Positions 44,406 to 57,841 of a DNA stretch of 64,000 nucleotides are shown here, piece after piece. Both the position numbers and the translations under genes were made by a program. Position 1 is the stretch's first letter. The number at the start of each line of letters is the position of its first letter. The stretch lies in assembly GCF_009914755.1 (NCBI RefSeq), contig NC_060940.1; one strand, 5' to 3'. The notes beneath the pieces are model-generated. The model was not told where the DNA came from. It ran no database searches and saw only the letters and a program-made list of their open reading frames with translations. This stretch comes from the human T2T-CHM13v2.0 reference genome, Homo sapiens.

Positions 44406-46099
44406 AAACCACTAATGTAAATTCCATTTAAACAGTTATTTTTAATTTTGTATTCTTATACATTGTATTATTCCTTCTTTCTTTACCTGATATGAAACTG
44501 TCTTTTGTTTAACAAGAGATTTTAAAAGTAGACAGTCAGGTTTTTAAAAAATGTATAGTTTCCTAACTTGAGCTCCATCCCCCGCACCACACACATACAC
44601 ATTAGAAAATATGAGTGGTCCATGAAATCCCAAGCACTGGCCACTCATGGTCTAACGATGTGTCAAGATGCCCATGTTCAGATGGAGAAGCTGAGATTCT
44701 GAGACTTAAAACAGGTCCAGGAAGGCGGGTGGAAAACTGTCATCCCACAGCCTTGCTGCTTTTCCCCAGCCCCCACAACACCGTGGTGACTTAACAGTGC
44801 GGGGAGGAGGCAGGGAGCCTGGGAGCACCCTGCAGACTTCTGCCGGGGCATGCCTCCTCCAAGTGAGTCACCCCGGCCTGGCACTCTGGGAGTAGCATAA
44901 CAGAAATGCCATCACCCATGTTAGAATCAGGCTGTGGCCCCTCCAGCTCTCTTCTTCCTTGACTTCCACGGGATTCAGATGGCATCCACATCTTCAGCTC
45001 ACATTTTTAAGGTTCACGCTTTACTGCCCAAGAAGATGGACCAGAGATTTGAAGTTAAGCAGGCCTGGCCTGGCCACTTAACCAGCAGAATCTCAGTGAG
45101 TTTCCTAACCTCTCTGATTCCCCAGTGCCTGATCATTTATTTGCTCTACACTCCACTAAAACTCCAGGTGGGCAGGGACTGTGCCGATCTTGTTTACAGA
45201 TCTATCTGTAGCACCTAACACAGGGCCAGGCTCATAGCTAGCACCTAGAAAATACACTTAAAAAAAAAACTCATTCTATAACGGTTTCAAGACTACAAGC
45301 CCGCATCTATGGAATGGATGTGATAATGATACCTTTCTCTTAGGTTTCTAGGAAAGCTTTGCAAAATTATGAAAATTATGGCCACAGATACACTTGCAAA
45401 TTGCCAAGTTCCCTACCACCCAGACACCAAGGACAGTAGCAGGGAGTGTCAACGTGACCAGGGAACAAGATTTCCCATGATCCAGTCCTGGGAGACATCA
45501 GCTGTGTAGCAGAATTCATGGAAATCCAGCAAGGTCCAGAGCTGGCCCTACAGAGGCTCCCAGAGAAGCTCCCCAAGAAAACAAATCAAAGGGAAGGCTT
45601 TGAGCACATCCCCACTCTCCACCAGACCCAGGCTGCCTTACTCAGGTGTCTTTCCTACCAGGAGACACTTTCACAAAGTTGGTATTTGTGTCACACAGGG
45701 AGATTGTAAAATGCTGTATTTGGAAACATGAATGTGTAATGTCTCCCTGGAAATCTACACCTTCTCAGTGAAAGATACAAGTGCAGTCCAAGACAGACAT
45801 GTTTAATTAGTGGGCAAACTTGACATTTCCAGTGTTTGGACTAGACAGAGGGAAAGCCAAGAGCAAACCGAGGTCTTCTCTTCATCCCCTCCCCCAAGCT
45901 TGCTGACAGAGAATAATTTATTGGGTTTAAAGAAAAATGAATGTCTTTACAGCAACAGGAGAGAAAAGTCCAGGAGATCCAAGGGTGGTTATTAAATAAC
46001 TGTCACCACTAAACACGCGTCTCCCTCATCTTCTCCATGCCTGCCCTTCTTGGGCCCCTGCTTGATCAAATGCATATGCTCATGCTGGTGTTTCTGTCC

Positions 46100-46330
46100 A
46101 CCCAGAAGGGTATACTGAGGTATGACTAAATGCCAGATTAAATATTTGGGCTTCATCTCAAGGCAACCGTAGGCCTCATTGACTCCCAGGTCTTGGGTGC
46201 TGGGCCTCAGAGGTGCTCTTGTGTCACCCACATCTGAGATCTGCAATTCTAATTTTTTGATATGTAAGATATCTGAGTCCTCCTTATCTTTCTCAGGCTC
46301 ATGATTGCTTGCAGTAACTTTCTTTCTTTC

Positions 46331-46375
<45 letters not shown>

Positions 46376-46994
46376 TCTCTCTCTCTCTTTCTGTCTTTCT
46401 TTCTTTCTTCTTTCTCTCTTTTTCTTTTTTTCTTGGAGACTGTGTTTCACTCTGTGGCTCAGGCTGGAGTGCAGTGGTGTGATTCATAGCTCACCATAAC
46501 CTCAAACTCCCAGGCTCAAATGATCCTCCTGTCTCAGCCTCCTGAATAGCTGGGACTACAGCTGTGTGCCACCATGCACATCTAATTTTTAAAATTTCTG
46601 TAGAGAAAGGGGTCTCATTATGTTTCCTAGGCTGGTCTCAAACTTCCAGGCTCAGGCAATCATCCCACCTCAGCCTCCCAAAGCACTGGGATTACAGGCA
46701 TAAGACACTGTACCCAGCCAGCTTACAGTCACTTATTAACTGGTCCCCACCCCTCCTGCCCTCCCACCACTCTGAGTTTACACATTTCTGCCAGAACAAG
46801 TTTTGCAGAGCATGGCTCTGTTTATGTCTTTTCCCTTTACCAAGCTTTTCAGTAGTTCCTTACTTATTAAACAAGATTAATTGAATACCTTTCATGGCCA
46901 AGCCCTGGGAGTCAATGATACCTACAGTTGCCTTGAGATGAAGCCCAAATATTTAATCTGGCATTTAGTCATACCTCAATATACCCTTCTGGGT
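46100..46994. repeat. Inverted repeat, 97-bp arms (46100-46196 and 46898-46994)
   Basis: Manual alignment: 92/97 identical, no gaps. Confidence 0.95.
46319..46719 (-). mobile_element. AluJ with ~115 bp (TTTC)n/(TC)n tail, inserted in L2
   Basis: Antisense J-type dimer; TSD gcttgcagtaactt / gcttacagtcactt. Confidence 0.92.
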
Positions 46995-47024
46995 TTATTC
47001 CTCCCAACTTTCTCCAATCTTGCA

Positions 47025-47295
47025 CTTTTTATTTATTTATTTACTTACTTATTTATTTAGAGACAGGGTTTCACCTCTTGCCGATGCTGAGTGCAATGAT
47101 TTGATCACGGCTCACTGCAGCCTCAGCCTCTAGGGCTCAAGTAATCCTCCTACCTCAGCCTCCCAAATAGCTGGGACCACAGGTTTGTGCCACCATGCCT
47201 GTCTACTTTTTTATTTTTTGTAGAAATGAGGTTTTGCTATGCTCCCAGGCTGGTCTTAAACTCCTGGACTCAGGCAATCCTCCCACTTCAAAATG
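47025..47295 (-). mobile_element. AluJ with (TTTA)n tail, 5'-truncated
   Basis: 'gagacagggtttcac...gggctcaagtaatcctcctacctcagcc'. Confidence 0.9.
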
Positions 47296-47719
47296 TTGCA
47301 TTTTAGACACATCCACAACCCATTGGTTCTCTGATACTCCCTACATATCTCCATCCTCAAGTGCACCTTCACTGAAGAACTTCTTCGGTTTGCAGTGTTG
47401 AAGACTTTTCATCTATTTTTTATTCATTACTGGCCATTATTTACAAGACCAGGATTCTTACTGCTCATGCCTTTGCTTACACAGATCCCTTCACCCAAAT
47501 GCTCCTCTCTCTTCCAGCTCCCTCGTTCAGCTTGGCCTCATTAATGGCCAAGCTAAATGTCACACCTGATGCTCCTGGTGGTATTATCATTACCCACCTT
47601 CATGTTGCCATAGAATCTTCCTTGAAGTCCCCTTACACTACCTGCCACACTTTACCCTATAGATCATGGAATAACTCAGAAATTGATAACCAAAAGAACA
47701 TAACAGTCAGAGTTCAATC

Positions 47720-47861
47720 AAAAGAAAGGAATCATATGATAAATGTTTGAGGTGATGAATATCTTAATTACCCTGATTTGATCACTATCCATTGTATGCC
47801 TTTAACAGAATATCACATGTACCCCTAAAATATGTACAATCATTATGTATCAATTAAAAAG
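47720..47861 (+). mobile_element. L1MA-type extreme 3' end
   Basis: 'gataaatgtttgaggtgatgaatatcttaattaccctgatttgatca...tatgtatcaattaaaaa'. Confidence 0.85.
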
Positions 47862-48275
47862 GAAACCACTCTGATATGTCAAACAGAGGGAATGTAATTG
47901 GTTACACAACTAATGGGAAAACAGAAAAATCAAGCAAAGGATGAAAGTTAGCCAAAGATTGGTGATGGTAGAAGCTGCTACCACCACAAGACTGGTGGGC
48001 GGGCAGGAACTGGGAGGAAGGGGGTTACCAGATCCTGGGTTTCACATCATCCAGCAGAAGTTGGAAATGTGGTAGGTCATTCAGTGAGGGCTAGAGCCTC
48101 AGAGGAGACGTGACCTCTAGCAGAGATGTTGCTGGAGGCCATGGAGGGAGATGCCCTGCCTTCTTTCTTCTTTCCACCATCTGAACCCAGATGGGGGTGA
48201 GCTGGCATGGGAACCTGAGGCTCTTGGCTCCATGATATAGAGCACGGCAGGGCAGGAATGGGGAATTGCACAGCT
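47862..48275 (-). mobile_element. Old ERVL-type LTR fragment (LTR67B-like)
   Basis: 'ggaaaccactctgatatgtcaaacagagggaat...gaagctgctaccaccac'. Confidence 0.45.
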
Positions 48276-49204
48276 CGCATGCAATACCTCATGCTTCTAA
48301 AACTAGAACACTTCATTTAAGTAACAGCATGTTTCATTAACTCATCTCCAGCATGAAACCTTACATAACACTTTTAAGGAAATGCAAACCCTTCAGTGTA
48401 GCTTATTTCCCTTATTTACCCTCCATTCCTAGCAATTCTTCACTTTGCTCCAGCCACCCTGAGCCTGACACCGAGGAGAACCACCGTGACCTTTCCCTGG
48501 GCTGACGCTCATGACTCATTTCCCACCAAGCTCAGCTCTTGGTTTGTGGAGTCACTTCATTTGCCCTAAGGAGACTTCAGTGGGTTATTCTCTAATGCTC
48601 ATGACCCAAAAGGCTTACACTTGCCCCGTTGGTCTCTTCCAGGACGTCATGTTTTCCTGCCATGGCAAGGCTAAGGGAAGTGCTCCACCAGGGGACAGCA
48701 GAAAGTAAGATGAAGGCTGTGGACTCAAATCTCAGGGTTTGAACTTCAAACGCACACCCCGCTCTCTTGGCTACTGACCTTGGGCATTGACTTGATCTCT
48801 GCAGAGTTACAGCTTGCAATGGGAGCATCTACCTCATAGGGTTACTGTGAGGATTAAGTAAAATGATACATGTAAAACAGTTGGCCCAATTCCAAGTATG
48901 TAATGCATTTAGTAGCTGTGAGCTATCATCATTTTTCCTTTGCAATCAGAACAGCCAAAACATCATGAAAGCCCATGGGTTGTGTTGATGTAGCAGCCAG
49001 CTCCACATTCTCCAACAACTTTGTTTTTAATCAGGCAAATATTCTTTTCATAAATACTTTTTGTGTCACTAAGTCCAACTAATTTCCAATGTTTCAGAAT
49101 CAGTCTTGGAATGTTACAGCTGGTAGAGAGCTTAAAGATTGTCTGGTTTAGTTCTCTCTCACTACATAAAGAGGGACAAAAACACAGGGTAAATTCTTCC
49201 TCTG

Positions 49205-49352
49205 TATATATATATTTACATATATATATATATACACACACACACATATATATAGATAGATATAGACATAGATGATATAGATATAGATATAGATACAGAT
49301 ATAGATATAGATATAGATATAGATATAGATATAGATATAGATATAGATATAT
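49205..49352. repeat. (TA)n(CA)n plus (ATAGAT)n hexamer array
   Basis: Directly visible. Confidence 0.95.
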
Positions 49353-49361
49353 CCATACACA

Positions 49362-49700
49362 CAGTCATGCACCACATGGCATTTCGGTCAATGACGGACT
49401 GCGTATATAACAGTGTTCCCGTAAGATTATAATATCACATTTTTATTGTTTTTTTCTATGTTTAAATATGTTTAAGTACACAATGTGTTGCAATTGCCTA
49501 CAGTATTCGTCATAGCAACATGCTGTCCAGGTTTATAGCTTGGGAGCGATAGACTATAACACATAGCCTAGGTATGTAGTCAGCTATACTATCTAGGTTT
49601 GTATAAGTACACTCCATGATGTTCACACAAATGATGCAATTACTTAATGGTGGATTACTCAGAACATATTTCCTTCATTAAGCAACGTAACATATGACTG
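49362..49700. mobile_element. Tigger3a-like (TcMar-Tigger) non-autonomous element
   Basis: Ends cagtcatg... / ...atatgactg followed by TA; 'tttcggtcaatgacggactgcgtata'. Confidence 0.85.
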
Positions 49701-50821
49701 TATATATCACAGCAAAAAGAAACAAGAAGAAAACATATAAGCATTTATAAACTTACCACTTAGAGATAAGTTACCATTTTCTACATAACCATTTAGTCTT
49801 TCTTATAAATATTTTTAAATAAAGATGAAATTGTAGCATACTTACTGTTTTAAAAAGTAACTTTTTATCCAAATAACACCATTTCTTCATCATCTTTCCA
49901 TGTCTTTACATATCATTTTTAAGAGCTTCACTTCTCTATTTTATTTAATAAATCCCACTTTTTAAAAAATTGGAAACATTTAGGATGGTTCCAGTTTTTC
50001 ACCATTATAAACAATGGCCCCAAAATGCTTCTGAAGGGGACAAAATACCACCTTTTCCTCTGAGCACTTTAAGTCATTTGGGCTACAAAAAGCTGTTGAG
50101 TTTTCAAGCAAACTGTCTGGTTTCTTCAAGCTGCCTCCTCCAGCAAGAAGATTTCTTACCTGTTGTTACATGAACCTGTTCTTGCAGCATGTCCATGAGG
50201 TGAGCCCTTGTGGAGCTGCAATGAGTGAGTCTGAGGAACAGATCTCATCTTGGCTGGCTTCCTTGGCCTTTTGCCAGATAAAATCTATCCAAATATTTTC
50301 CCCAGGTATGGGCCCACGTTAGAGGCACAGGGGCTTTACGTGAAGCTCCACAAATGCTTTCTTAAAGATGATGCGTGATATCACAAGCTGACTCTATGAT
50401 GTGTTTTCCCATCCTCTGCCTTTTCGGGACCTGCAGGGCAGGCTTTGTGTAATACAGGAAGCTTCTGAACTGAGAGCAGCCTCTGGGAGCATCAGTCAGA
50501 CTCCCCAGATTAGAAAGAATTTAGAAGTAGTGGCCAATGCTCTTGAGATGTGGCCAATGATGTTGCAGTCTTTTGTGTAGTCATAAAAGTCTGGTGTCCT
50601 GGAGATAACTATGGGGCACTGGGAACAATCCCTTGCCCCAAAACTTATTCTCCAACAACCTGTGACAGTTCCTCAAGCTCTGCCCTAACAAGATATTAAG
50701 GTAATAGATACGAAGGCTTTCATAAATTCCTCTGATAAAATCCACAAATCTCAGGGAGAAGCAACGTACTAGTCCATGACCAGCCCCTGGCCCTCCCGTA
50801 GGATTCCCCTGTGAGAGGCAG

Positions 50822-51240
50822 TCAGTATTCGTTTGCTTGGACTGCCGTTACAAAGCATCAGACTGGATGATGAACAACAGAAATTTATTTCCCACAGTTC
50901 TTCAGGCTGGAAGGTTGAAATCAAGGTGTTGATAGGGTTGGTTCCTTCCTTCTGAAGGCTGTGAGAGAAGGATCTGTGCCAGGCCTCTCTCCTTGGATTA
51001 TAGATGCTACCACCTTCTCCCTGCATCTTCACATGACCTTCCCTCTGTAGGGTTCTATGTCCAAGTCTCCTCTTCTTATAAGGACATCAGTCATAATGGA
51101 CTAGGGCCCGCGTTTGTGACTTTATTTAAACTTAATTGCCTCTTTTAAGACCCTATCTCCAACTACAATCACAATCTGCAGTACTGAGGGTAGGATTTCA
51201 ACACGTGAATTTGAGTGTGTGACACAATTCAGCCTGAAAT
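50822..51240 (-). mobile_element. MaLR LTR (MLT1B/C-like)
   Basis: 'acaacagaaatttatttcccacagttct', 'cctcttcttataaggacatcagtcat', 'gacacaattcagcc'. Confidence 0.85.
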
Positions 51241-51960
51241 GAAGTCTAAGTACATGAATTAACAAAGAAAGAGCTCCAAACAATTGTAGACAGAAAGAAA
51301 AAGCAAGTTGAAGAATGACATTCTATACACTATCATTTATGAAACAGTTTGAAAACATAAAAGTTTATATCCTACATTTGTCTATTAATTCATAAGTGAT
51401 AGAGACATGGACAGAAAGGATAAACATGACTTTCATAATAGTTCCTTCTGAGGAGGAAAAGTAAGATGGAATTTTGAAGATTTCAAAGGGTAAACTTTGC
51501 TCTGTCTATCATGCATTTTTTAAGCTGGGGCATGTATATTAAACCATCAGTACTTGTTCCATCTGGAGGTGATTGTGTATGTGTTATGTAGAATACTCTG
51601 TATTCTTCTCTGTTTCTGATGTTTTCCATGATTTGGACAATGGAGAAAAGAGCCCAGGGCTCACTGAGGAAACCCTGTGTCTGCCTGGCTTTTCTGATAC
51701 TCTGGGGAGCGATGGCATTGACTCATTTTACCTCTTAGGGTCGGTGGGAGGGCCGCTAGAGATGAGAATGTGCATGATTCAGGAAAAAGGCTCTCAGCAC
51801 TAACAGCCCTATCCAGGCTTCTCGGGACATGACCCTGGAAGCGTCTGAGATAGAAGCATAAAAGCCACAGGATGGAGCCTGCCTCTATCCCAGTAAGAGG
51901 GGTGAGGGTTCTCCACAGCCTTTTCACTTTCCTTGTACAGCAACATCCTCATTGTTCCCC

Positions 51961-53817
51961 AGCACTCCCACCTCTGCCACCTTCTTCTCCAAAGGCACCA
52001 AGTGCCTGTGAAGTGTTTACCAGCCTCCATGGGAAGAAGGAGCCCCACGGTGACCTCATTAGGGGGCAGTGAAGCAGCTTCTGTCCAGGTCGCTTTTGTG
52101 CCAAGCACAGAGACCAGCCAGGAAGGGTGATCTACCAACTCCATGCAAGCAGAAAACTCACCAGGAGGTGTGCCAGCCACTTAAAGGGCACCTGAAGCTC
52201 TTTTAAATTTTTTAAATTTTAATTTTAATTTATTTTTAATTTTTGAGGATGGAGAACATGCCTTTTTGTCTTTACATTTATTCTCTCCCAAACATCCAGT
52301 TGGAGCCCACCTAGTGCATGTCTTACACAATATTTTTGGTAAACTGTTCTGTGGAAAGCATACAAAAACAGCAGAGTGAGAATAGAAAACCAAAGTATGA
52401 ATGAAGAAGCACAAACATCAACATCATTTACAGTCTTTCTGGCTTTTTGGCATTTGTAATATCATTTGATTCTCTCAATAAACTATGGGCCAGCTGGGAT
52501 AGAGAGAAACAGACCAGCTTGCAGTCAGGAGGCCCAGAGGCCAGAGGTGACTTGCCCACTCTCCTACCTACCCAGCAGCGCCCTCTTCCCTCAATTCACC
52601 TAGACCCCATCACACCCGCCATTGTCTGCCCCATTCCTTTCACACCCACCACCCCTTGTCTGCCTTGCTTTCTATTTCAGTCTGATCTCTTCAATTAAGT
52701 TAAAGTGTGAGAGCACAATTCAAATGCTACCCTCAGATGTTCAAACGTGGCATTTTTTACATTCTGTAGCTGAGTTAAATTTCCTGTGAATCCCTTACTA
52801 CTGACTGGTAATGGAGCATACAGAATTTAGGCTTTCCAATCAACATCTCAGTATCAAATGGTTGCTAACATTGTTGAGTAAACATTTAGGAAATTCAGGT
52901 TTAATCCAGGCTGTCTCTGCTCCACCTTTTCTGGCTTTGTATTTTAATGATGCTGAATTCCAGGGGATTTTGTGCGGCAACCTAGTGATGATGAGGTAGG
53001 AGCTGTAGAACCAAGTGCTGTTATTTTGTTTGTGGGGAGGGAATTCTGGCCTGTTTGTTTCTGGCTTGGCCATGTTCTGACACATACCATTAAAGTCATG
53101 GTAGTAAAATGTATAGTGCCCCCAAATAACCAAGCCTTCCTTGGTCCCAGCTGACACAGTCCTTCCCAAGATGTAGGGATCCCTGCAGTGCAACTCAACT
53201 GCCAGCCTCACTCCCTTTGAAAGGCTATGAGATCTTGGTGCTTCTTTCATGGCTCAATAGAGTCAGGGTGATTGAGAGACACCAATGTCAACCCTCTCAC
53301 TTCCTACATCATCGCTGCAGCTGGTCCCAACTACAGCCTGTGTGGGATCATGCTATTCCAGCTCCACGTTAAACATGAGAGTTTTTCTCGGAGGCTTGCA
53401 ATATTTTTCAAATTGACCCTCATGAAATAAGAAGCAAATTCCCTAATCCAGAAGTTCTCCAAACCTATGGGAGTTTTTCTAACTTTGTCTAGGTCTCCAC
53501 AACTCCTCCCCTCAAGGGAGGGCCCAGAACCCCAACTTGTGATCTCTTGCCTTCCTTCCACCAATTGTTTTCTCCCAAGAAGATCTCTTTCTCTTCCTTC
53601 CTGGTGAAACACACCTCCTGGTGAGTTTTCCACTTGCACAGAGTTGGTAGATCACCTTCCTGGCTGATCTCTGTGCTTGGCATAAAACAGACCTGGACAA
53701 AAGCTGCTCCACTGCTCCCATATGAGGTCACCATGGGGCTCCTTCCCATGGAGGCTGTTAAACACTTCACAGGCACTTGGTGCCCCTGGAGAAGAAGATG
53801 GCAGAGGTGGGAACACT
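51961..53817. repeat. Inverted repeat, ~210-bp arms (51961-52172 and 53610-53817), 1437-bp spacer
   Basis: Manual alignment: ~21 mismatches and 2 small gaps over 208 bp; mirrored ORFs 51809..52180(-) and 53634..53837(+). Confidence 0.95.
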
Positions 53818-54702
53818 CTCTTTATTTTAGCTGCTGAATTTTCTCTGCCTGTGCTTACTAGTGAAGCTGTAGGGTCCAAAGTAGCAAGGCCTGGTTATTG
53901 ATTTATAAATAAGGCAGCTCTTGAAACTCAACCTAACTGTGGTCTTAAAAAGTCAGCTTTGAGATTCAAAACTGACTAGGAAAACAGGATGTTCAGGTAA
54001 TGAATATACATCAAAAACTACAATCTGGTGGTGTAACCATAAGCATCTTGGATGCTTGAGTGAAGAGTATCATATCAACCTTTGTTAAATTGGGGAAAGA
54101 AGGTATAAAAGATGCTCCTTTCCGCCTTTCTCACCTCCTGCTCTGCCACACCAAAATGCCTCCAGAGGTATACCGGATGGCTGAAGCATCATTCCTACAT
54201 TCTATTTTGCCATTTTGTGCAATGTAAATATATTCTCTCAGGTTCTTTTCTTCACTCATTTATCCCTTCCCCCTCACTCATCTAATAGAAAACTGGGCAG
54301 CCACTTTGAAATGTCACACCTGAAGTTAGCTCAGCTTGAAAAGTTTAAAAATAGTCAACACAAGGAACAAAGGTGTTTACCAGAAACAAATACTGTTAAC
54401 AGCTCCTCCTAGACACACTTCAGGTTGCCAGAGGGTGACAGAATTGATGTGTGAACAAGGACCCTCCTGCTTCTGCTAGGCTATGACTTTCAAAGTCCTT
54501 TCTCCATGGGCAAGCCGGGTCTTCCCCAGCCCCAGAAAGCTGAGCACAAGGGAGATGCCTTTTCCCACATCTGAATCCTTGGACCTTTGTCACAGTCTGA
54601 TTACTCTAGTGTCTTTCAATATCAGTGGCATAAAAAATACAAGTTTTATCTCAGTACATATCATTCTATATTATAATCATTCATTTTATTTGTTTGTAGA
54701 AA

Positions 54703-54962
54703 GGCAGTGTAGTGATTAAGGGTATAGGTTTTGGAGCAAGATTGCATGAGCTCAAATTTCTGGCTCTGCCACCTGCTATGTGTGTAACTTGAGCCAAGCT
54801 ATTAGCCTCTCTGTTCCTCCGTTTCCTGTTCTGCAAACTAGGATAATAATAGTTCTTACCTCATAGAGTTGTAGTAACAATTAAATGACTTAATATTGTT
54901 AAAGTCTTACACTAGAGCTTGGCAGAAAGCACACTTTATTGTGAGTGTTTGCTATTACTAAT
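54703..54962 (+). mobile_element. MIR, near full length
   Basis: 'ggcagtgtagtgattaagg...tggctctgccacctgcta...cttacctcatagagttgt'. Confidence 0.85.
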
Positions 54963-57319
54963 ATATACCTGGACCCCTTTCCTCCACGAGGTGGTAAGCT
55001 CCCTCATGGCAAGGACTCCATGGTTTGAGGGCTTCAGGACCATGGACAGGACCAACACCCCATAAAGGTCTTCACTCTTTTTTTTTAATTCCCTCTTAAT
55101 CATATTCTAAGAACATTTTTAAAATCTAACTACAAGATAAACATATATTATTGGCAGAAATGGATATTTGTTGAAAAATTGGATTAATGAATGAATAAAA
55201 CAGCTCCACCTGTTCAGGGTCATCTCTGCACCCTGCACTCCTACCACTCCATCCTTCAGTGGGTTTTTTCTTTGCTCATCCTTTCTATCGCTATTCTTGG
55301 TACCAGTCATGTGCACATCCTGGCCATTGTTTTGAGTTTATCAGAAAGGATAGTGTGAGATGGGGCAGGGCAGGGGCATTTTCAAAGTCTGGAGATGCTG
55401 ATACCTGTATATGCTCGGAAGTTCTCTTTTCATGGGGATTTCCTAAATTACCCTATCTAAAATTGCTCCTCCACTTTATTTCTTATTCTTCTCCCCTGCT
55501 TTAGTCTTTCTCCTTAGCATTTATTGATATCTACCTTCTCATTTATTTTACATATCTTGCTTGTTTTCTATATCCCTCATAGAATGTAAGCTCATGTAAG
55601 CTCCCTGAGAACTGGAATATTTATCTTTTGTTTTTCCTTGTATCCTTAGATTCTTGAATAGTGCTTGATGAATTGTAAGGTCTTGATAAATATTTTTGAA
55701 TGAATGCATAATATACATGCATACATACTTTAAGTAAAATAAGCTATACAAATCTCCAAGCTAAAAATTTGAGTTTGTGTTAACATATGAGGCTGATTAA
55801 ACTCCCCTCCTTCAAGTCCTAGTATACAGTCTGCAAGTGAATCAAGACTGCCAAGCCCTTCTCTCTGGGGCCACAGAGAGATGATCTTGGTGAGGTCTGA
55901 AAGAAGGAGGAAAACATTCACTTGACATTTAACAGTTCATTGAAATAGCAAACCTGATGTAGAGAACCAATGCATTTTCAGCAGCTGCCTGCTTCCTTTC
56001 CAGTAAATGTCTTGGTTCTGTGTCTGACATAACTCTGCAACAGAATCTGGCAGACTTAGAGGGAAAAACATTTGTTATCTAGAGCTAAGTGCCACCCACA
56101 CTTCTATCAAGACGTCTGAGAGACAGCTGTGAGACTACAACTGGCTAGCAAAGGGTAACTCGTACTTGTTAAGCCGCTACCATATTCCGGGTGCTCTAGT
56201 AGGAGCTTTATTTAGAAGATCTCACTTAATCCTGGGTACCATTTTGTATCCATAAAAATGATAACTCTGGGATGTTAAGTTACTTGTCCAATGCCCCACA
56301 ACAGGTTAGTTAGAGCCAGGATTTTCTTCAAGCCCCAGCTTCCACATCATGTCAGTTTACTGCACCATCTGAAGAGTATGAGATACAAACAGGCTGCCAG
56401 TTTTGTCTCATGGGGCCAAGGATAATAAAGGATCAGTTTCTCAGTATCCTTGCCCCAGCTTCATCACTTCCACTTACAGCTCACTGGTCTGAATAAGCCA
56501 TCAAGCCCCACCCAAGCACAATGGACTCAGGGAAGTGAAGTCATGCCATGGTCCAGAAAGAGAAAAGGGAGCAGAATAGTTGACAATCAGCATTGACAAC
56601 TACCTCAGTGAGTAAAGCACCAGCAGATCAGCCAACTCTGGAGTGTGGGGATATCTCCTGTCCTGGCCGAGACTGAATTTCCCCACTGACCTGGTGGGAA
56701 GAGAGCTCAGAGTTCAAAGCAAATAAAGGATGACGTAATTTCTGCTTTCAGGCTTCTGTGGACTGAGGTTTACCCCTGCTAAATGTCTTTGAATTGTAGA
56801 AAATGCATTTGAATTTCATACCAGGGATTCAGGCTTAGTCAACATTCCACAAATGAATAATTATAATAAAGTGCAGCCTGTGTTATAAGCTAACAAAAGG
56901 TCATTCTTCATAGCGAAAGAATGGGTCCTGTTCTATTCATTGTTCTTCCCAAGTGTCTCTATTTACTGGTAACACCAACGTCCAAAAATGAACAGGCAAG
57001 AGGCTTGGGACACTTGTCTGCTTTTGAGCTGATTAAAACCATACTGTTTAGGGTGAAGAGAGTCCCTGCTTCAGTTCTAAAGGCAATAATTGACTGCCTA
57101 AAATGAATGAAAGTGATCTGGCATGGGGCCACAGAATGGAGACTATGTGTAGATGCAAGCGTCATGTATCAAATTTCTTCTGTAATAATTCAGCAAAGAA
57201 TCATTGCAAATATGCTTTGTGTATTAATACTAGAAACACACAGCTCATGAGGACAAGAGACAGAGACAGAATGACAGGGAGAGACAGAGAGAGAGGCACT
57301 GGGGTCAGCCTCACAAGGC

Positions 57320-57841
<522 letters not shown>

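Noticed and set aside
51961-53817. Arms as terminal inverted repeats of a DNA transposon
   Set aside because: No target-site duplication, no recognisable TIR ends, no transposase remnant; spacer holds ordinary L2/MIR-like and unique sequence
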